NCBI GenBank assembly: GCA_030390025.1
Contig: CM059432.1
Span: forward strand, 36,148,001-36,212,000
Direction: 5' to 3'
DNA length: 64,000 nucleotides
Origin: Squalus acanthias
Taxonomy: Eukaryota
Positions 1-12,572 of the stretch are shown here, piece after piece. Made by a program: the position numbers and the translations under genes. The notes under the pieces are model-generated. The model ran no database searches. It was not told where the DNA came from and worked only from the letters and a program-made list of their open reading frames with translations. Numbering within the stretch: the stretch's first letter is position 1; the number at the start of each line of letters is the position of its first letter.

Positions 1-129
1 CCCTCTCCTCCTCGTGGTGCTCATTCTTGCTGTCAAGTGGAGCAGTTACAAAGAATATCAGGTTAGAAACAGGCTGATTGATTTTACCCTTGTAACCTAA
101 GTATCAAATGATTCCAGGGCTTCACCCTC

Positions 130-557
130 ACCACCCTGGATGGGTGCAGCTGCAACAACACTCTACTAGTCCAATTATCCACTCCCTCCACCACAGGTGT
201 ACCGCGGCTGCAGTGTGCACTGTCTACAGATGCATTGTGCAAGTCGCCAAGGCTTCTTTGGCAGCAGCTCCTAAACCCACGACCTCCACAACCTCGAAGG
301 ATAAGGGCAGGCAGGTGCATGGGAACACCATCACCTCCAAGTTCCCCTCCGAGTCACACACCATCCCGACTTGATCGTCACTGGGTCAAAATTCTAGAAC
401 TCCCTACCTAACAGCATTGTAGGAGCGCATTCACCAAACGGACTGCAGCCGTTCAAGAAACAGGCCCACAACCACCACCTTCTCAAGGGCAACTAGGGAT
501 GGGCAATAAATGCCAGCCTTGCCAGCGACTCCCACATCCCAGGAATGAATGTAAAAA
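130..557 (+). mobile_element. 3' fragment of a second non-LTR (CR1/Jockey-group) LINE family, 'family B'
   Basis: Same ORF2 C-terminus and 3' UTR (CACCTTCTCAAGGGCAACTAGGGATGGGCAATAAATGCC) as the copy at ~33000-33645 and the fragment at ~34430-34500; boundaries approximate. Confidence 0.7.
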
Positions 558-768
558 CCCTGCCCAGAAGTCTCTTTCATGTGAGATTCTGCACATAAAG
601 GGGCTTCTGGGCAGGGTAGTGGAGGCAAAAAACTCTGAATCATTTAAGAATGAGTTGGGTGATGTGTTGGGAGAACTCTTGGTTAATCTAGATGAACAAG
701 CTAAGATGGGTCAAATGGCTTTTTCTTGCTCTAGACTTTAAAACAAGCTCTTTTTTTAAATAAAACAG

Positions 769-1155
769 GTTGAATGTTATAATCATCACACCACTACCTG
801 GTACCCCATGCCGAGTATGCTCAATAAACGCTGTCGCCATGGGGCTACGTCCCTGGGCAGCCAGATGTACGTCTGTGGCGGTTATGATGGCTCGGGTTTC
901 CTGAGTATCGTGGAGGTTTACAACTCTTCTTCGGACCAGTGGTATCCGCTCGTCCCCATGAACACTCGCCGCAGTCGGGTGTCCCTCGTGTCGAACTGCG
1001 GCCGCTTGTACGCCATCGGTGGCTACGACGGACAGTACAACTTGAACTCGATGGAGATGTACGACACCGATACGAACCGCTGGACATTCATGGCCCCCAT
1101 GGTGTGTCACGAAGGTGGGGTTGGCGTAGGGTGCATCCCACTCCTCAGCGTGTAA
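769..1155 (+). CDS. klhl18: Kelch-like protein 18, terminal coding exon (last Kelch repeats)
   Basis: Acceptor taaaacag|GTT at 768/769; reads [11 protein letters not shown]...MLNKRCRHG...GGYDG...[11 protein letters not shown]...GGYDG...[21 protein letters not shown], recognised as the KLHL18 C-terminus. Confidence 0.93.
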   Translation, partial: VECYNHHTTTWYPMPSMLNKRCRHGATSLGSQMYVCGGYDGSGFLSIVEVYNSSSDQWYPLVPMNTRRSRVSLVSNCGRLYAIGGYDGQYNLNSMEMYDTDTNRWTFMAPMVCHEGGVGVGCIPLLSV

Positions 1156-2535
1156 GGCAGTCATCGTTCTCCCAGTCACTGGAGTCTACTGCTTGGAAGC
1201 GGTGTGAAACAATGGTACATTTGTGGGGGCAACAAATGAACCCCAGTTTTTAGTGGCCCGCTGGTTGATATCCAGTGGCCAAAGACTATGCAGTGACCAT
1301 TACATCCTCCCAACAGAGATTGATAACTGTTACCAGTACTCAGTAGAGTCTGCGGATGTTTTTAAAGGCAGACATTTAAGTAAAATGATAATACTTTATA
1401 AATTACACTTTTTAAAAATGAATTCGAATGTTAACTTATGAATAACTTGTTTCAGTGATTACGCGAATGCAGAGCAGTGTATTAATAATGAAGACTGTCG
1501 GACTGGGTGTTACCATTGGTTAGACACTGTCCCTTCACCAGTGAGATCTGGGTTATGGTGTGGGAAATGGAAAACTGGCATACTAGGGGGTGCTCTTGTA
1601 GAGAGTTTTGCATCTGACCTATGCTGCACCTTACCTTTGAGTGCTTGCTGCTGACACTGGGTGTCTGAAATGGAAATGTTCCATTTCCCAGAGCTCACAT
1701 CGCCCCCACCTTAGTGAAAGGAGGAGGTTGAACGCTCACTCAAGTCCCCGGCTGATGGCCTGTCTTTCTGCAAAGGCTGATTATTCAGTGCGTGTGTGTT
1801 TAACCTGTTACTGGTCCGAGTAGTGTGTTGAATAGAACGTTTTCTCCTGTTCATTTATGTTAGAAAACCCTAATTCTAGGATAAATGGGTTGGTGTCTGT
1901 ATATATGGAAGGTTCTGATTGTTTTACATTTCTAGGATGGTATAATAATTAGTTCTTTATATACTGTGATAGTGCAGTCTGCTGCTGCCCCCAACCCAAG
2001 TAAAACCAGCACTCTTTCTGGTAATTATTAATTGTTAGCTCTCCTGGCCCCGGCCCTCACTCTCCTTTCTCCTTCCCCTACTCCTACCCTACTCTATTGT
2101 GCTGTTTGTCCTTTGGAGCTTCTAAACATAATCAAGACTATTGAGATTTTTAACGTTTACAGCAATCATGATATGGGAGAACTACCTGATAGTTAATATG
2201 GGTCTTTGCTTATCACTACCTTGTCTATTATAGCATCACTGAGAGTAATGGATCTCTGGGAGTGAATTAAGTTAGTGGTTATGCCACTAGTGGTGGGTAT
2301 GTAAAATTTTCCTGCTATATTCTGCTAAACTGTGGAAAACAGAATTTCTAATTGTAAGTATGGGTTGTATCTGAAGAGATTATTAGAGCTGAAGGGTGAA
2401 ATATGGGTGGGTATAGGTTTGTCACTGATGGGGGAAAGTTAGAGTATCCCACAAGAAACATATTGCACAACATTAAATTGTATTGTCTAAAGTGACATTT
2501 TATTCCCAATATTGTATTGGTATCTACTGTATGCT

Positions 2536-2541
2536 AATAAA
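2536..2541 (+). terminator. Candidate klhl18 poly(A) signal
   Basis: AATAAA at the end of an AT-rich, repeat-free stretch ~1.4 kb after the stop codon, just before repeats resume. Confidence 0.4.
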
Positions 2542-2554
2542 CTATATGACAATA

Positions 2555-2690
2555 CAGGGTAGAAATTTAATCGAGTGGTTCGGATGATTTATATATAGAA
2601 TAACAGATACCCAGGAGTGAGTTACAGGATGGAATCTAATCGAGGGGTTCAGTTGGTTTATATATAGAATATAATGGATACCCAGAGTGA
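2555..2690. repeat. Two degenerate copies of a ~70-bp tandem repeat
   Basis: TAATCGAG...TTTATATATAGAAT...GATACCCAG occurs twice in tandem. Confidence 0.6.
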
Positions 2691-5600
2691 TGGACCTGAA
2701 GGCTACAATCTAGTTGACAGATTTCAGGTAACATGACAGACTGTGAGATGGAGATGAAGTTGTTGCATTGAAATTGCTCTGCTGTATTTTGTTTGTTTCT
2801 CCTCTCCTGTAGTCGCTGGCTCTCGCTGTGATATGGTGCTGCAATTAGTCCCTGTCTTCTGCTATTACCACCATGTAGCCATCCTTCATGTATGTCAACA
2901 GTAAATCTCAGCTGTTTAAACCAAGTGGAGGCATAGCATGTCCTCCCCCTGCTTTCCCGCACATGCACTTTACAGCAGGAATCATTGGATAGCCATTTCC
3001 CTCTCTCTAATCTAGTGGTACTGAGGCTACTGCTGCCACAGCTAAGCTCAAACCTGGGACCTCGGGTCTGAATAGCTCATTTGCGGAGGGCTGGAAATAT
3101 GGTTAATCCACACCATGTGGTCCATTTGTTCCAAGTTATTGACACCTGCTACAAGCTGTCTGAGCCCTGTTAAAATACAACGCAGCCAAACACTGCATCA
3201 TTGAGCAAAATGACCTGTGTTTCACTTTAAAAACAATGCATATCAAAGAATCCTAGAATTTTACAGCAGAGAAGGAGGCCATTCAGCCTATCGTGGATGT
3301 GCAGGCTCTTTGAAAGAGCTGTCCAATTAGTCCCATTCCCCTGCTCTTTCCCCATAGCCCTGCATATTTTTCCTTTTAAAATATATCTCCAATTCCCATA
3401 TAAAGAGAGAATAAAAGCAAGTGAATTCTTTGTTGTGAAAATAGTGTCAACGTCACAGGCTCTGCTCATTCACTTTACCAGTTACTAAAAACCTTAAGCA
3501 GTTCCATTGTCAGACCCAAAAATAAGACGGGGAAAGACTTCTGCCAAATATGTTGCAATGTGGAATAACCGGGTAAAGCACTTAAAAAAAAAAAACTGTT
3601 GCTCTCTGCTCAGTTATCCCCGGCAACTATTACTGAGCCAAAAGATCGCATATCACTGGTGCTCACAATCTGTGTAATGTAATTTTATTGTAAGACCAGG
3701 ATGTTGTCTCCAAATCTAATTGAGGATCCCATGCACACTTGCTTTCCCATGTTTAATCAGTAGAACGTTTGGTTCTCAAAGACCTGGGAGTCTATGTATG
3801 TGTTATGCAACTATAACCCTATGGACCAGCCTCTCGAGTACCTTGTGTCTCTTAATATGGTCATGGTTGATGAAGAGGTACTGGCCCAATGCAGTTTCCA
3901 CTGGGCCCCTTACCCCAGTCCTGAGACATTGACTTCTGCTGGGCTCCAATGGGGCTGGAGAGAATCACTGGCACAGAGCTACTTTTTGATTAGTGTTCCA
4001 CTTTTCAAATGTCCTAAATTCTGAGTTTGGGCTCTGCAGTTCAGGCTGTGATCCTTCTTCTGGTGCCTTGGGATGTTTTACTACATTAAAAGCGGTATAT
4101 AAATGCAAGTTGTTGTCTAGGCGATGGTTAGCGCCCTGTGAGATGAGTTATGTTGACCAGATCTTTGCCGTTGGATTTAAGTTCCTGGCCTGACTCTCTC
4201 CACAGAAAGAACTTTATTCCAGTAAGAGAAGGAGCCAGGGTCCCTGGACTTCCAACCTTCTCACCACATCCAGTGTGAAATCTAGATTCCTAACTTGTGA
4301 AGAGTAAAAGATAGGAACAGGAATAGGCCACTCAACCCCTTGAGTAGGTCACCATCGATAAGTGGTTAATAGAAATTTCCATCTGCGATGTGGGGGATCA
4401 TGATAATCTATTTCCATTCATCCATCCATTAGAGCAAATCTCTAGCAACTGATAGGTCAAACTTCAATTCATGAATCTAAGGTACATATTGTCTGAGGTG
4501 TAAACAGTATCTTAATTACCAGGTTATTTTGGAACACATGAATATTTTTAATGTAAAACTGTAATAAATTATGTACATCCATACTGAACCCAATCACGGG
4601 AGCCTGCGTTTCATTTATCAATACATTGAAGTTACCAAGATTTTCATCTCTTGCACTCGTCATATGCTGTGTACATTATTACACGTTCTTTGATAGATTT
4701 GCTGCTACCTTTGATGCCAAAGTCCCTCAGATATTTTCTGTGACCGTGCTGCAGGTTTATGAAAACGTCTGCTCCAACTCAAGCTCGTTGACAAGCTCTG
4801 GTGCAACTGGGACTGTGGTGTCTGTGTGTTTGGGCTTCACAACACCAGCAGCTAAAGTGGCCGTCTCAGAAGTCCCTTTAGTGCCATTTGATGGAAAGTT
4901 AGGCGAGTCTTGCTGGCAACTTTTCAGTTCCCTCCTCTTCAGCTTAGCTGCCAGGCTACAAGGTGTGTTTGGCATTAGTGTCTCACAAGCAGAACAACAA
5001 AAGGATGGGGTAGCTGTTCTATCAATCCATGCACACACAATTCATCACACGCATGCAGTGTCATCTGAGTTTTGCTCATTCAATCTTTTGATTAAATTGG
5101 TACAGAGGCTCTGGCACATACCTTAGAAAGAGATTTGCTCTGATTGTGGTTTTTGTTGCTGCTGATAGTTGTAACTTGGTCATTCGAGTTTCAAAAAAAT
5201 GCTCTGATAAAATCAAGTAGCTTGCCTTGCTGACTATAGCTGTTTGTGATTTGTCCATTTAACTCGCCAATGGATCTATACATGTCATAACATTAACCAC
5301 AGACATTGTATTTGGATATTTTGGAATTATTTTATGTCTGAGGCATTTCAATCAACTCATTGAAACTGTGGAACTCCTCATCATCTCAATCCTACAATTT
5401 ACAGGCTTTTAAAACTCAAGCTTGATGCCAAGTAATCACTACATCCTGATCAGCTTGTCTTTTCTCATACTTTTTTCAACCTAGCTGGTGTCCTGCATTG
5501 TGGACCTTGGTTTCTGAATTGGGAGCAGCAAAATTCCTATTACAGTACAATGATTTTACCTGGTGTATACTTATTCCAATTTCTAGCCATTTTTAGCTTC

Positions 5601-7287
5601 TTTGACAGGTATGTTTTTTATCTCACTTTTTAAGAAACTTATATGATGTTAGAGCTGGGGGAAAAGGATTGGTTTCCAATATTGAGCATGTAGCTCTAGC
5701 ATCAAGCTCTCCCAGGCTGGATGTTGCATGTTTAAAATGCCAAGTAAATCTCCCTCTACTCTGCCCACCCTTATCAATAGCTCATGCCCTATTACATGCG
5801 ACATTGTCTAATTCTGACACCAACCACTTCTCTCAGTGAGAATTGGTACCCAGTTTAGGGCAGTATTGTGCTGTGGGTTCATGGACACAAGGTAATAGGT
5901 TGAGACTCAATTCACAGAGGACCCTTACAGTCAAATAGAGAGAAATCTTCCCTCAGTCACTCATTTAATGATGGGTGCTGGACAGGGATATAAACCAACC
6001 CATACTCTCGAGAGGTAAAGATGAAAGTACATATTATATGTAAGGGCTTTTCTTTTTGCTTTGCTCTTCTATTATCTACAAGGTGGAAGAACTGCAGAAG
6101 ATATATGGCATTTCTGTGTGCCAAAAAGAGCCAATGTAATTAAATCATCCACATTGGAGTTAGGTGCTAGAAAGACGAGCTTGGAGCTGTTGTCTCTGTG
6201 CCAGGAATGAGGGTTCTAGATGCAGCCTATGCTTATAGATTTATTAGAGGGAATGATACAGATAACGTACATGGCGATGCGAAGGCCTTGCGTTAATAGT
6301 TGCTGAGCTCAGTCGCAGCGTGATTAGCCCTTGGGTCTTCCCTCCCATCTCTTATGAGTATCCAAGTTTGCTGATGATACAAAGCTAGGTGGGAAAGTAA
6401 GTGTGAGGGGGATGCAAAGGGATATAGGCAGGTTAAGTGGTTGGGCAAGAACATGGCAGATGGAATATGTGGAGAAATGTGAGGTTATCCACTTTGGTAG
6501 GAAAATAGAAAAGCAGAATATTTTTTAAATGGTGAGAGATTGGGAAATGTTAGTATTCAGAGGGACCTGGGTGTCCTTGCACACGAATCACAGAAAGTTA
6601 ACATGCAGGTACAGCAAGCAATTAGGAAAGCAAATAGATGTTAGCTTTTATTACAAAAGGATTGGAGTATAAGAGTAAATAGGTCTTACTGCAATTATAT
6701 CAGACCTTGGTGAGACCACACCTGGAGTACTGTGTACAGTTTTGGTGGTCTTACCCAAGGAAGGATATACTTGCCTTAGAAGGAGTGCAATGAATGTTCA
6801 CTAGACTGATTCCTGGGATGGGGGAAATTGTCCTATGAGGAGTGATTGAGTAGACTAGCCCTATATTCTCTAGAGTTTAGAAGAATGAGAGGTGATCTCA
6901 TTGAAACATATAAAATTCTTAGGGGGCTTGACAGGGTAGATGCAGGGAGGATGTTTCCCCTGGCTGGGGAGTCTAGAACTAGAGGTCGCAGTCTCAGAAT
7001 AAGGGGTCGGCCATTGAGGAGAAATTTCTTCACTCAAAGGGTTGTGAATCTTTGGAATTACATAAGAACATAAGAAATAGGAGCAGGAGTAGGCCAATTG
7101 GCCCCTCGAGCCTGCTCCGCCATTCAATAAGATCATGGTTGATCTGATCCTAACCGCCAATCTACTATCACAGAACCATCTCCTGAACCTAACAGAATTG
7201 GACACACAAAATAGGAGCAGGATCAGGCTACACGGCACCTGGGCCCGCTACGCTACCCACAGGGCCATGACCGATCCGAACCTAGAC

Positions 7288-10236
7288 TCATGTCCAAATT
7301 CCTGCCCGCTCCCCGTAACCCTTAATTCCCTTTACTTCTAGGAAACTGTCTATTTCTGTTTTAAATTTATGTAATGATGTAGCTTCTACAGTTTTTTGGG
7401 GCAGCATATTCCATGGACCTACCACCCTCTGAGTGAAGTAGTTCCTCCTCATCTCAGTTTTGAAAGAGCAGCCCCTTATTCTAAGACTATGCCCCCTAGT
7501 TCTAGTTTCACCCATCATCGGGAACATCCTCCCCGCATCCACCCGATCCAACCCCTTCACAATCTTATATGTTTCAATAAGATCGCCTTTCATTCTTCTG
7601 AGCTCCAATGAGTAGAGTCCCAATCTACCCAACCTCTCCTCATATGTCCATCCCCTCATCCCCGGGATTAACCGAGTGAACCTTCTTTGTACTGACTCGA
7701 GAGCAAGTATGTCTTTTCTTAAGTATGGACACCAAAACTGTATGCAGTATTCCAGGTGCGGTCTCACCAATACCTTGTACAACTGAAGCAATACCTCCCT
7801 ATTTTTATATTCTATCCCCCTAGCAATGAAAGCCAACATTCCATTGGCCTTCTTAATCACTTGCTGCACCTGCATACTAACCTTTTGAGTTTCGTGCACC
7901 AGGACCCCCAGATCCCTTTGTACTTCAGTACTTTCCAGTTTCTTGCCATTAAGATAATAACTTGCTCTACTATTTTTCCTGCCAAAGTGCATAACCTCAC
8001 ACTTTCCAGTATTGTATTCCATCTGCCAAATCTCTGCCCACTTACTTAGCCTGTCTATGTCCCCTTGCAGATTTTTTATGTCCTCACTCACTACTTTCCC
8101 TCCCATCTTAGTATCATCTGCAAACTTTGATATGTTACACTCGGTCCCCTCCTCCAAATCGTTAATATAGATTGTAAAGAGTTGGGGACCCAGCACTGAC
8201 CCCTGCGGAACACCACTAGTTACCGATTGCCAGTCTGAGAATGAACCATTTATCCCAACTCTCTGCCTTCTGTTAGATAGCCAATCCTCTATCCATGCCA
8301 GAATATTACCCCCATCCCATGATTTTTTTATCTTAAGCAATAATCTTTTGTGTGGCACCTTGTCAAATGCCTTTTGGAAGTCTAAATACACCACATCCAC
8401 TGGTTCCCCTTTATCTACCCTGTATGTTACTTCCTCAAAGAACTCCAGCAAATTTGTCAAACATGACTTCCCCTTCATAAAACCATGCTGACTTTGTCCT
8501 ATTAAATTATGATTATCCAAATGTCCTGTTATTGTCTCCTTAATAATGGACTCCAAAATTTTACCTACCACAGATGTTAGGCTAACCGGTCTATAGTTTC
8601 CAGCCTTCTGTCTACTGCCCTTTTTAAATAAGGGTGTTACATTAGCAGTTTTCCAGTCTGCCGGGATCTTTGCTGAGTCCAGGGAGTTTTGGAAAATTAT
8701 TACCAATGCATCCACAATCCCTACCGCCACTTCCCTCAAGACCCTCGGATGTAAGCCATCAGGTCCAGGTGATTTATCCGCCTTTAGTCCCATTATTTTA
8801 CCGAGTACCACTTCCTTAGTGATTTTGATCGTGTTTAGCTCCTCCCCCCCTTTAGCCCCCTGTTTGTCCAGTGTTGGGATATTCTTAGTGTCCTCTACTG
8901 TAAAGACTGATACAAAATATTCATTCAGTGTATTTGCCATCTCCATATTTCCCACCATTAATTTCCCGGTCTCATCCTCTAAGGGACCAACATTTACTTT
9001 AGCCACCCTTTTTCTTTTTATATAACTATAAAAACTCTTACTATCTGTTTTTATATTTTTTGCTAATTTACTTTCATAATCTATCTTCCCTTTCTTAATC
9101 AATCTTTTTGTTATTTTTTGCTGTCTTTTAAAGTTTTCCCAATCCTCTATCCTCCACTAGATTTGGCTACCTTATAAGCCCTTGTTTTTAGTTGAATACT
9201 ATCCTTAATTTCTTTACTTAGCCACGGATGACTGTCTTTTCTTTTACACCCTTTTCTTCTCAGTGGAATATATATTTTTTGGAAGTTGTAAAATAACTCC
9301 TTAAATGTACACCACTGATCATGTATCGTCTTACCCTTTAATCTATTTTCCCAATCCACTCTACTCAATTCTGCTCGCATACCTTCATAGTCTCCTTTAT
9401 TCAAGCTTAGCACGCTTGTTTGAGATCCAACCTTCTCACCCTCTAATTGAATATGGAATTCAACCATGTTATGGTCACTCATTCCAAGGGGATCCTTTAC
9501 TAGGACATTTTTAATTAATCCTGTCTCGTTACACAGGACCAGATCTAAGGTTGCTTGCCCCCTGGTCGGTTCAGTTACATACTGCTCAAGAAACCCATCC
9601 CTAATACACTCAATGAACTCATCCTCAAGGCAGCCCTGCCCAATTTGATTTGTCCAATTAATATGATAGTTAAAATCCCCCATAATTCTAGATGTTCCCT
9701 TATTACAAGCCTCAACTATTTCCTGATTGATACTCTGTCCAACAGAGTTGCAACTGTTCGGAGGCCTATAGACTACGCCCACTAGTGTTTTTTTTCCCCT
9801 TATTATTCCTTATCTCCACCCAAACTGTTTCATTATCCTGATCTTTTGACCCAATATCATTTCTCTGTATTACAGTGATTCCTTCCTTTATTAACATAGC
9901 CACCCCACCTCCCCTTCCTTCCTGCCTGTCCTTCCTGATCGTTAAATAACCTGGTATGTTTAATCCCCAGGCATTGTCACCCTGCAGCCATGTTTCTGTA
10001 ATGGCCACAAGCTCATACCCATATGTAGTTATTTGTGCCATTAACTCATCTATTTTGTTACGAATGCTACGTGCATTCAGATAGAGAACTTTCAAATATG
10101 TTTTGTGACACTTAGTTCCTGCTTTTGCCCTTTTTATTACTTTACCTTTTACTCCATACCTTCTGCCCCTTCCTGACACACTCTGGTTTTTAATTTCCCC
10201 ACTGCTACCTAAGTCTATGACCTTCTCTGTTGTCAT
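7288..10236 (-). pseudogene. CR1 ORF2 (endonuclease-reverse transcriptase), frameshifted
   Basis: Three consecutive pieces 9766-10236 (YLNARS, ITETW), 9147-9782 (MGDFN, SDH) and 7288-9102 (604-aa RT and C-terminus). Confidence 0.92.
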
Positions 10237-10274
10237 TTTTATTATTTGCTCTCTAGGAACCTCCCCCCCACTGG

Positions 10275-11217
10275 TTAGTTTAAAGCCCTCTCTACAGCCC
10301 TAGTTATATGATCCGCCAGGACTCTAGTCCCAGCACTGGCCAAGTGAAGCCCGTCCCAACGGAACAGCTCCCTCCTGCCCCAGTACTGGTGCCAGTGTCC
10401 CAGGAAGCAAAACCCATTTCTCCCACACCAGTCTTTGAGCCACTCATTTAACTCTCTAATTTTATTTGTCCTAGCCAAATTCGCTCGTGGCTCAAGTAAT
10501 AATCCAGAGATTAATACCCTTGAGGTTCTGTTTTTTAATTTGACCCCTAGCTGCTCATACTCCTTTAACAGAACCTGCTTCCTTGTCCTATCTACGTCGT
10601 TTGTACCAACATGGACCACGACAACTGGATCCACCCCCTCCCACTGCAAGTTTCTTTCCAGCCCAGAGGAGATGTCCTTAACCCTGGCACCGGGCAGGCA
10701 ACACAGCCTACGGGACTCTCGCTCTCGGCTGCAGAGAACTCTATCTATCCCCCTAATAATACTATCCCCTACCACTACAACATTTCTATTTACTCCCCCC
10801 TCTTGAATGGCCCCCCATTCCACGGTGCTGTGGCCAGGTTGCTCATCCTCCCTGCAGTCCCCGCTCCCGTCCCCACAGGGAGTAAGAACCTCGAACCTGT
10901 TGGACAAGAGCAAGGGCTGCGGCTCCTCCAACACTACCTCCTGGATCCCCGTACCTGCCTCACTCGTAGTCACACCGTCCTGTCCCTGACCATGGGCTAC
11001 ATCTGAATTAATTAACTTCATAGGTGTGAAACACAAAGTCCAGGTACTTCTTCCCCACCCTGATGTGTCGCAGTGTCTGAAGCTCAGACTCCAGCTCATC
11101 AATACAGAGCTGCAGTTCCTGTAGCAGCAGACACTTGTCACAGATGTAATCACTGTGAGCCTCAATGGGGTCCACCGGTTCCCACATCTCGCAACAGTAA
11201 CACATCACCTGCTCCAT
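10275..11217 (-). pseudogene. CR1 ORF1: Cys zinc finger, leucine zipper and SGNH/GDSL esterase, with a frame break near 11040
   Basis: CYCC...CDKC followed by a heptad Leu segment (11008-11217); VGDS, LPGA, HVGTND and DGLHL blocks in the 10275-11165 frame. Confidence 0.9.
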
Positions 11218-11944
11218 TCTATGTAATTAATAAAAAATTTTATTGTTAGTTATGGACACTCTCTGCCCGATTATAGATGCTAGTATCCCCTCTAATTAAT
11301 TGGATTTAAATTAAATCAATCCTCTAAATTACACCAGTTAAATGGTTTACCAACAGTCACTCTGCACCAGAAAGGCCTTATTAACTACAATCCAGAGTTT
11401 AAGTTTAAAAAGAGAGAAATACTCACCAACCAATTACTTACCTGCTTTCTGGTGACGTCACACCTCGATTATTTTTACCTCTCTCCCTCCCTCCGAGTTC
11501 GGAGACTGGTCCCGCCTTACCTGGTCTCTGGAGCCTTTTAAACCCTCTGCCGCCGCCTCGCCTCACGCAGGTCCGCCGCCGCACCAGGAAGCTGACAAAG
11601 ATGGAAAAAGGAAGGCACACCTCCCTCCCCGAATTCCCTCACTCACCAAACTCACAGCTTAGCACTCTGTTCCAAATCTGCACTCCGTGGCAAACTGCAC
11701 TCTAGTCTCTACCCTAGAAGGCTGTGAATGCTCAGTTGAGTATATTCAAGACCGAGATCGATACATTTGGTAGAAGGGGATAGTGCGGGAAGATAGAAGA
11801 TCAGTCATGATCCTATTGAATGTCGGAGCAGGCTTGAATGGCCAAATGGCCTACACCTGTTGCTATTTCTTATGTCCTTATGTTCATAGAACGGTCTCTC
11901 CTTTAATCCTCCAGCTGAAAGTCTATTACATCATGTCCTGCATC

Positions 11945-12055
11945 ATTCCCAGGGCAGGTACAGCTCGGGTTAGAAGCAGAGTAAAGCTCCCTCTACACTG
12001 CCCCATTAAACACTCCCAGGGCAGGTACAGCACGGGTTAGGTGCAGAGTAAAACA
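11945..12055 (-). repeat. ~1.6 copies of the 67-bp tandem repeat also found at 58255-58558
   Basis: CCCAGGGCAGGTACAGC.CGGGTTAG..GCAGAGTAAA repeated at 67-bp spacing; reverse complement of the 58.3-kb unit. Confidence 0.8.
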
Positions 12056-12572
12056 TACTTAACACTGCTCCAGCAATGTTCCCTATCCTAACTTCAGAAG
12101 AGCGCTCCCTTATCACACCTCTGTTGGAATTTTTCCCACACTCACTGTCCTATGGCCTCTGAACGGAATTGCTAATTGGTTCAATTTAGAGTCAAGTTTT
12201 GTACTCTAGGTCTGTGCCTCCCTCGGGAATGGATCTACAGCCTAATCACATTACATGTTAGACCGTTACACCTAATAGCGAGCATCTTGCCAATCTGGAC
12301 TGGATTTTGAATGCAGAGTTGAAAGGTCAGTATTTAATCCATTACAGCAGGTTTTATAAATGACACCAGATAATTATATAAAAAATAGGCCTGCACCTGA
12401 GGGGTGTGTATAGGACATTAGGCAAGATCTTCATCAACTAGAATGTTTGAGAAAAACAATGTTTTCAAACACCACACTCATCCAGTGGAAAAGTTCATGT
12501 GGCAAATTCAGTTTACTGGTTATCAATCCCTGTACCAAGTCACTTCATTACAAATCACACATGGAGATGCAT

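Larger units (their letters stand above)
7061..11705 (-). mobile_element. Near full-length CR1 LINE (5' UTR, ORF1, ORF2, 3' UTR, (TTCTTATG)n tail)
   Basis: ORF1 zinc finger/leucine zipper/SGNH, ORF2 APE endonuclease plus RT (QHGF, YLDFQKAFD, GVPQGS, FADD), octamer tail at 7061-7076. Confidence 0.95.
6355..11886 (+). mobile_element. CR1 LINE 3' fragment split by a younger antisense CR1 (pieces 6355-7060 and 11706-11886)
   Basis: KFADDTK through RRNFFTQRVVNLWN coding sequence stops at GGAATT (7059) and resumes at CTCTACCC (~11707), ending in a TTCTTATG-like tail. Confidence 0.85.

Noticed and set aside
4469..5258. Overlapping ORFs of 166 aa (+) and 93/64/60 aa (-) in non-repeat DNA
   Set aside because: No recognisable domain or convincing splice sites, and the best minus frame has several stops; a decayed exon cannot be excluded without tblastx
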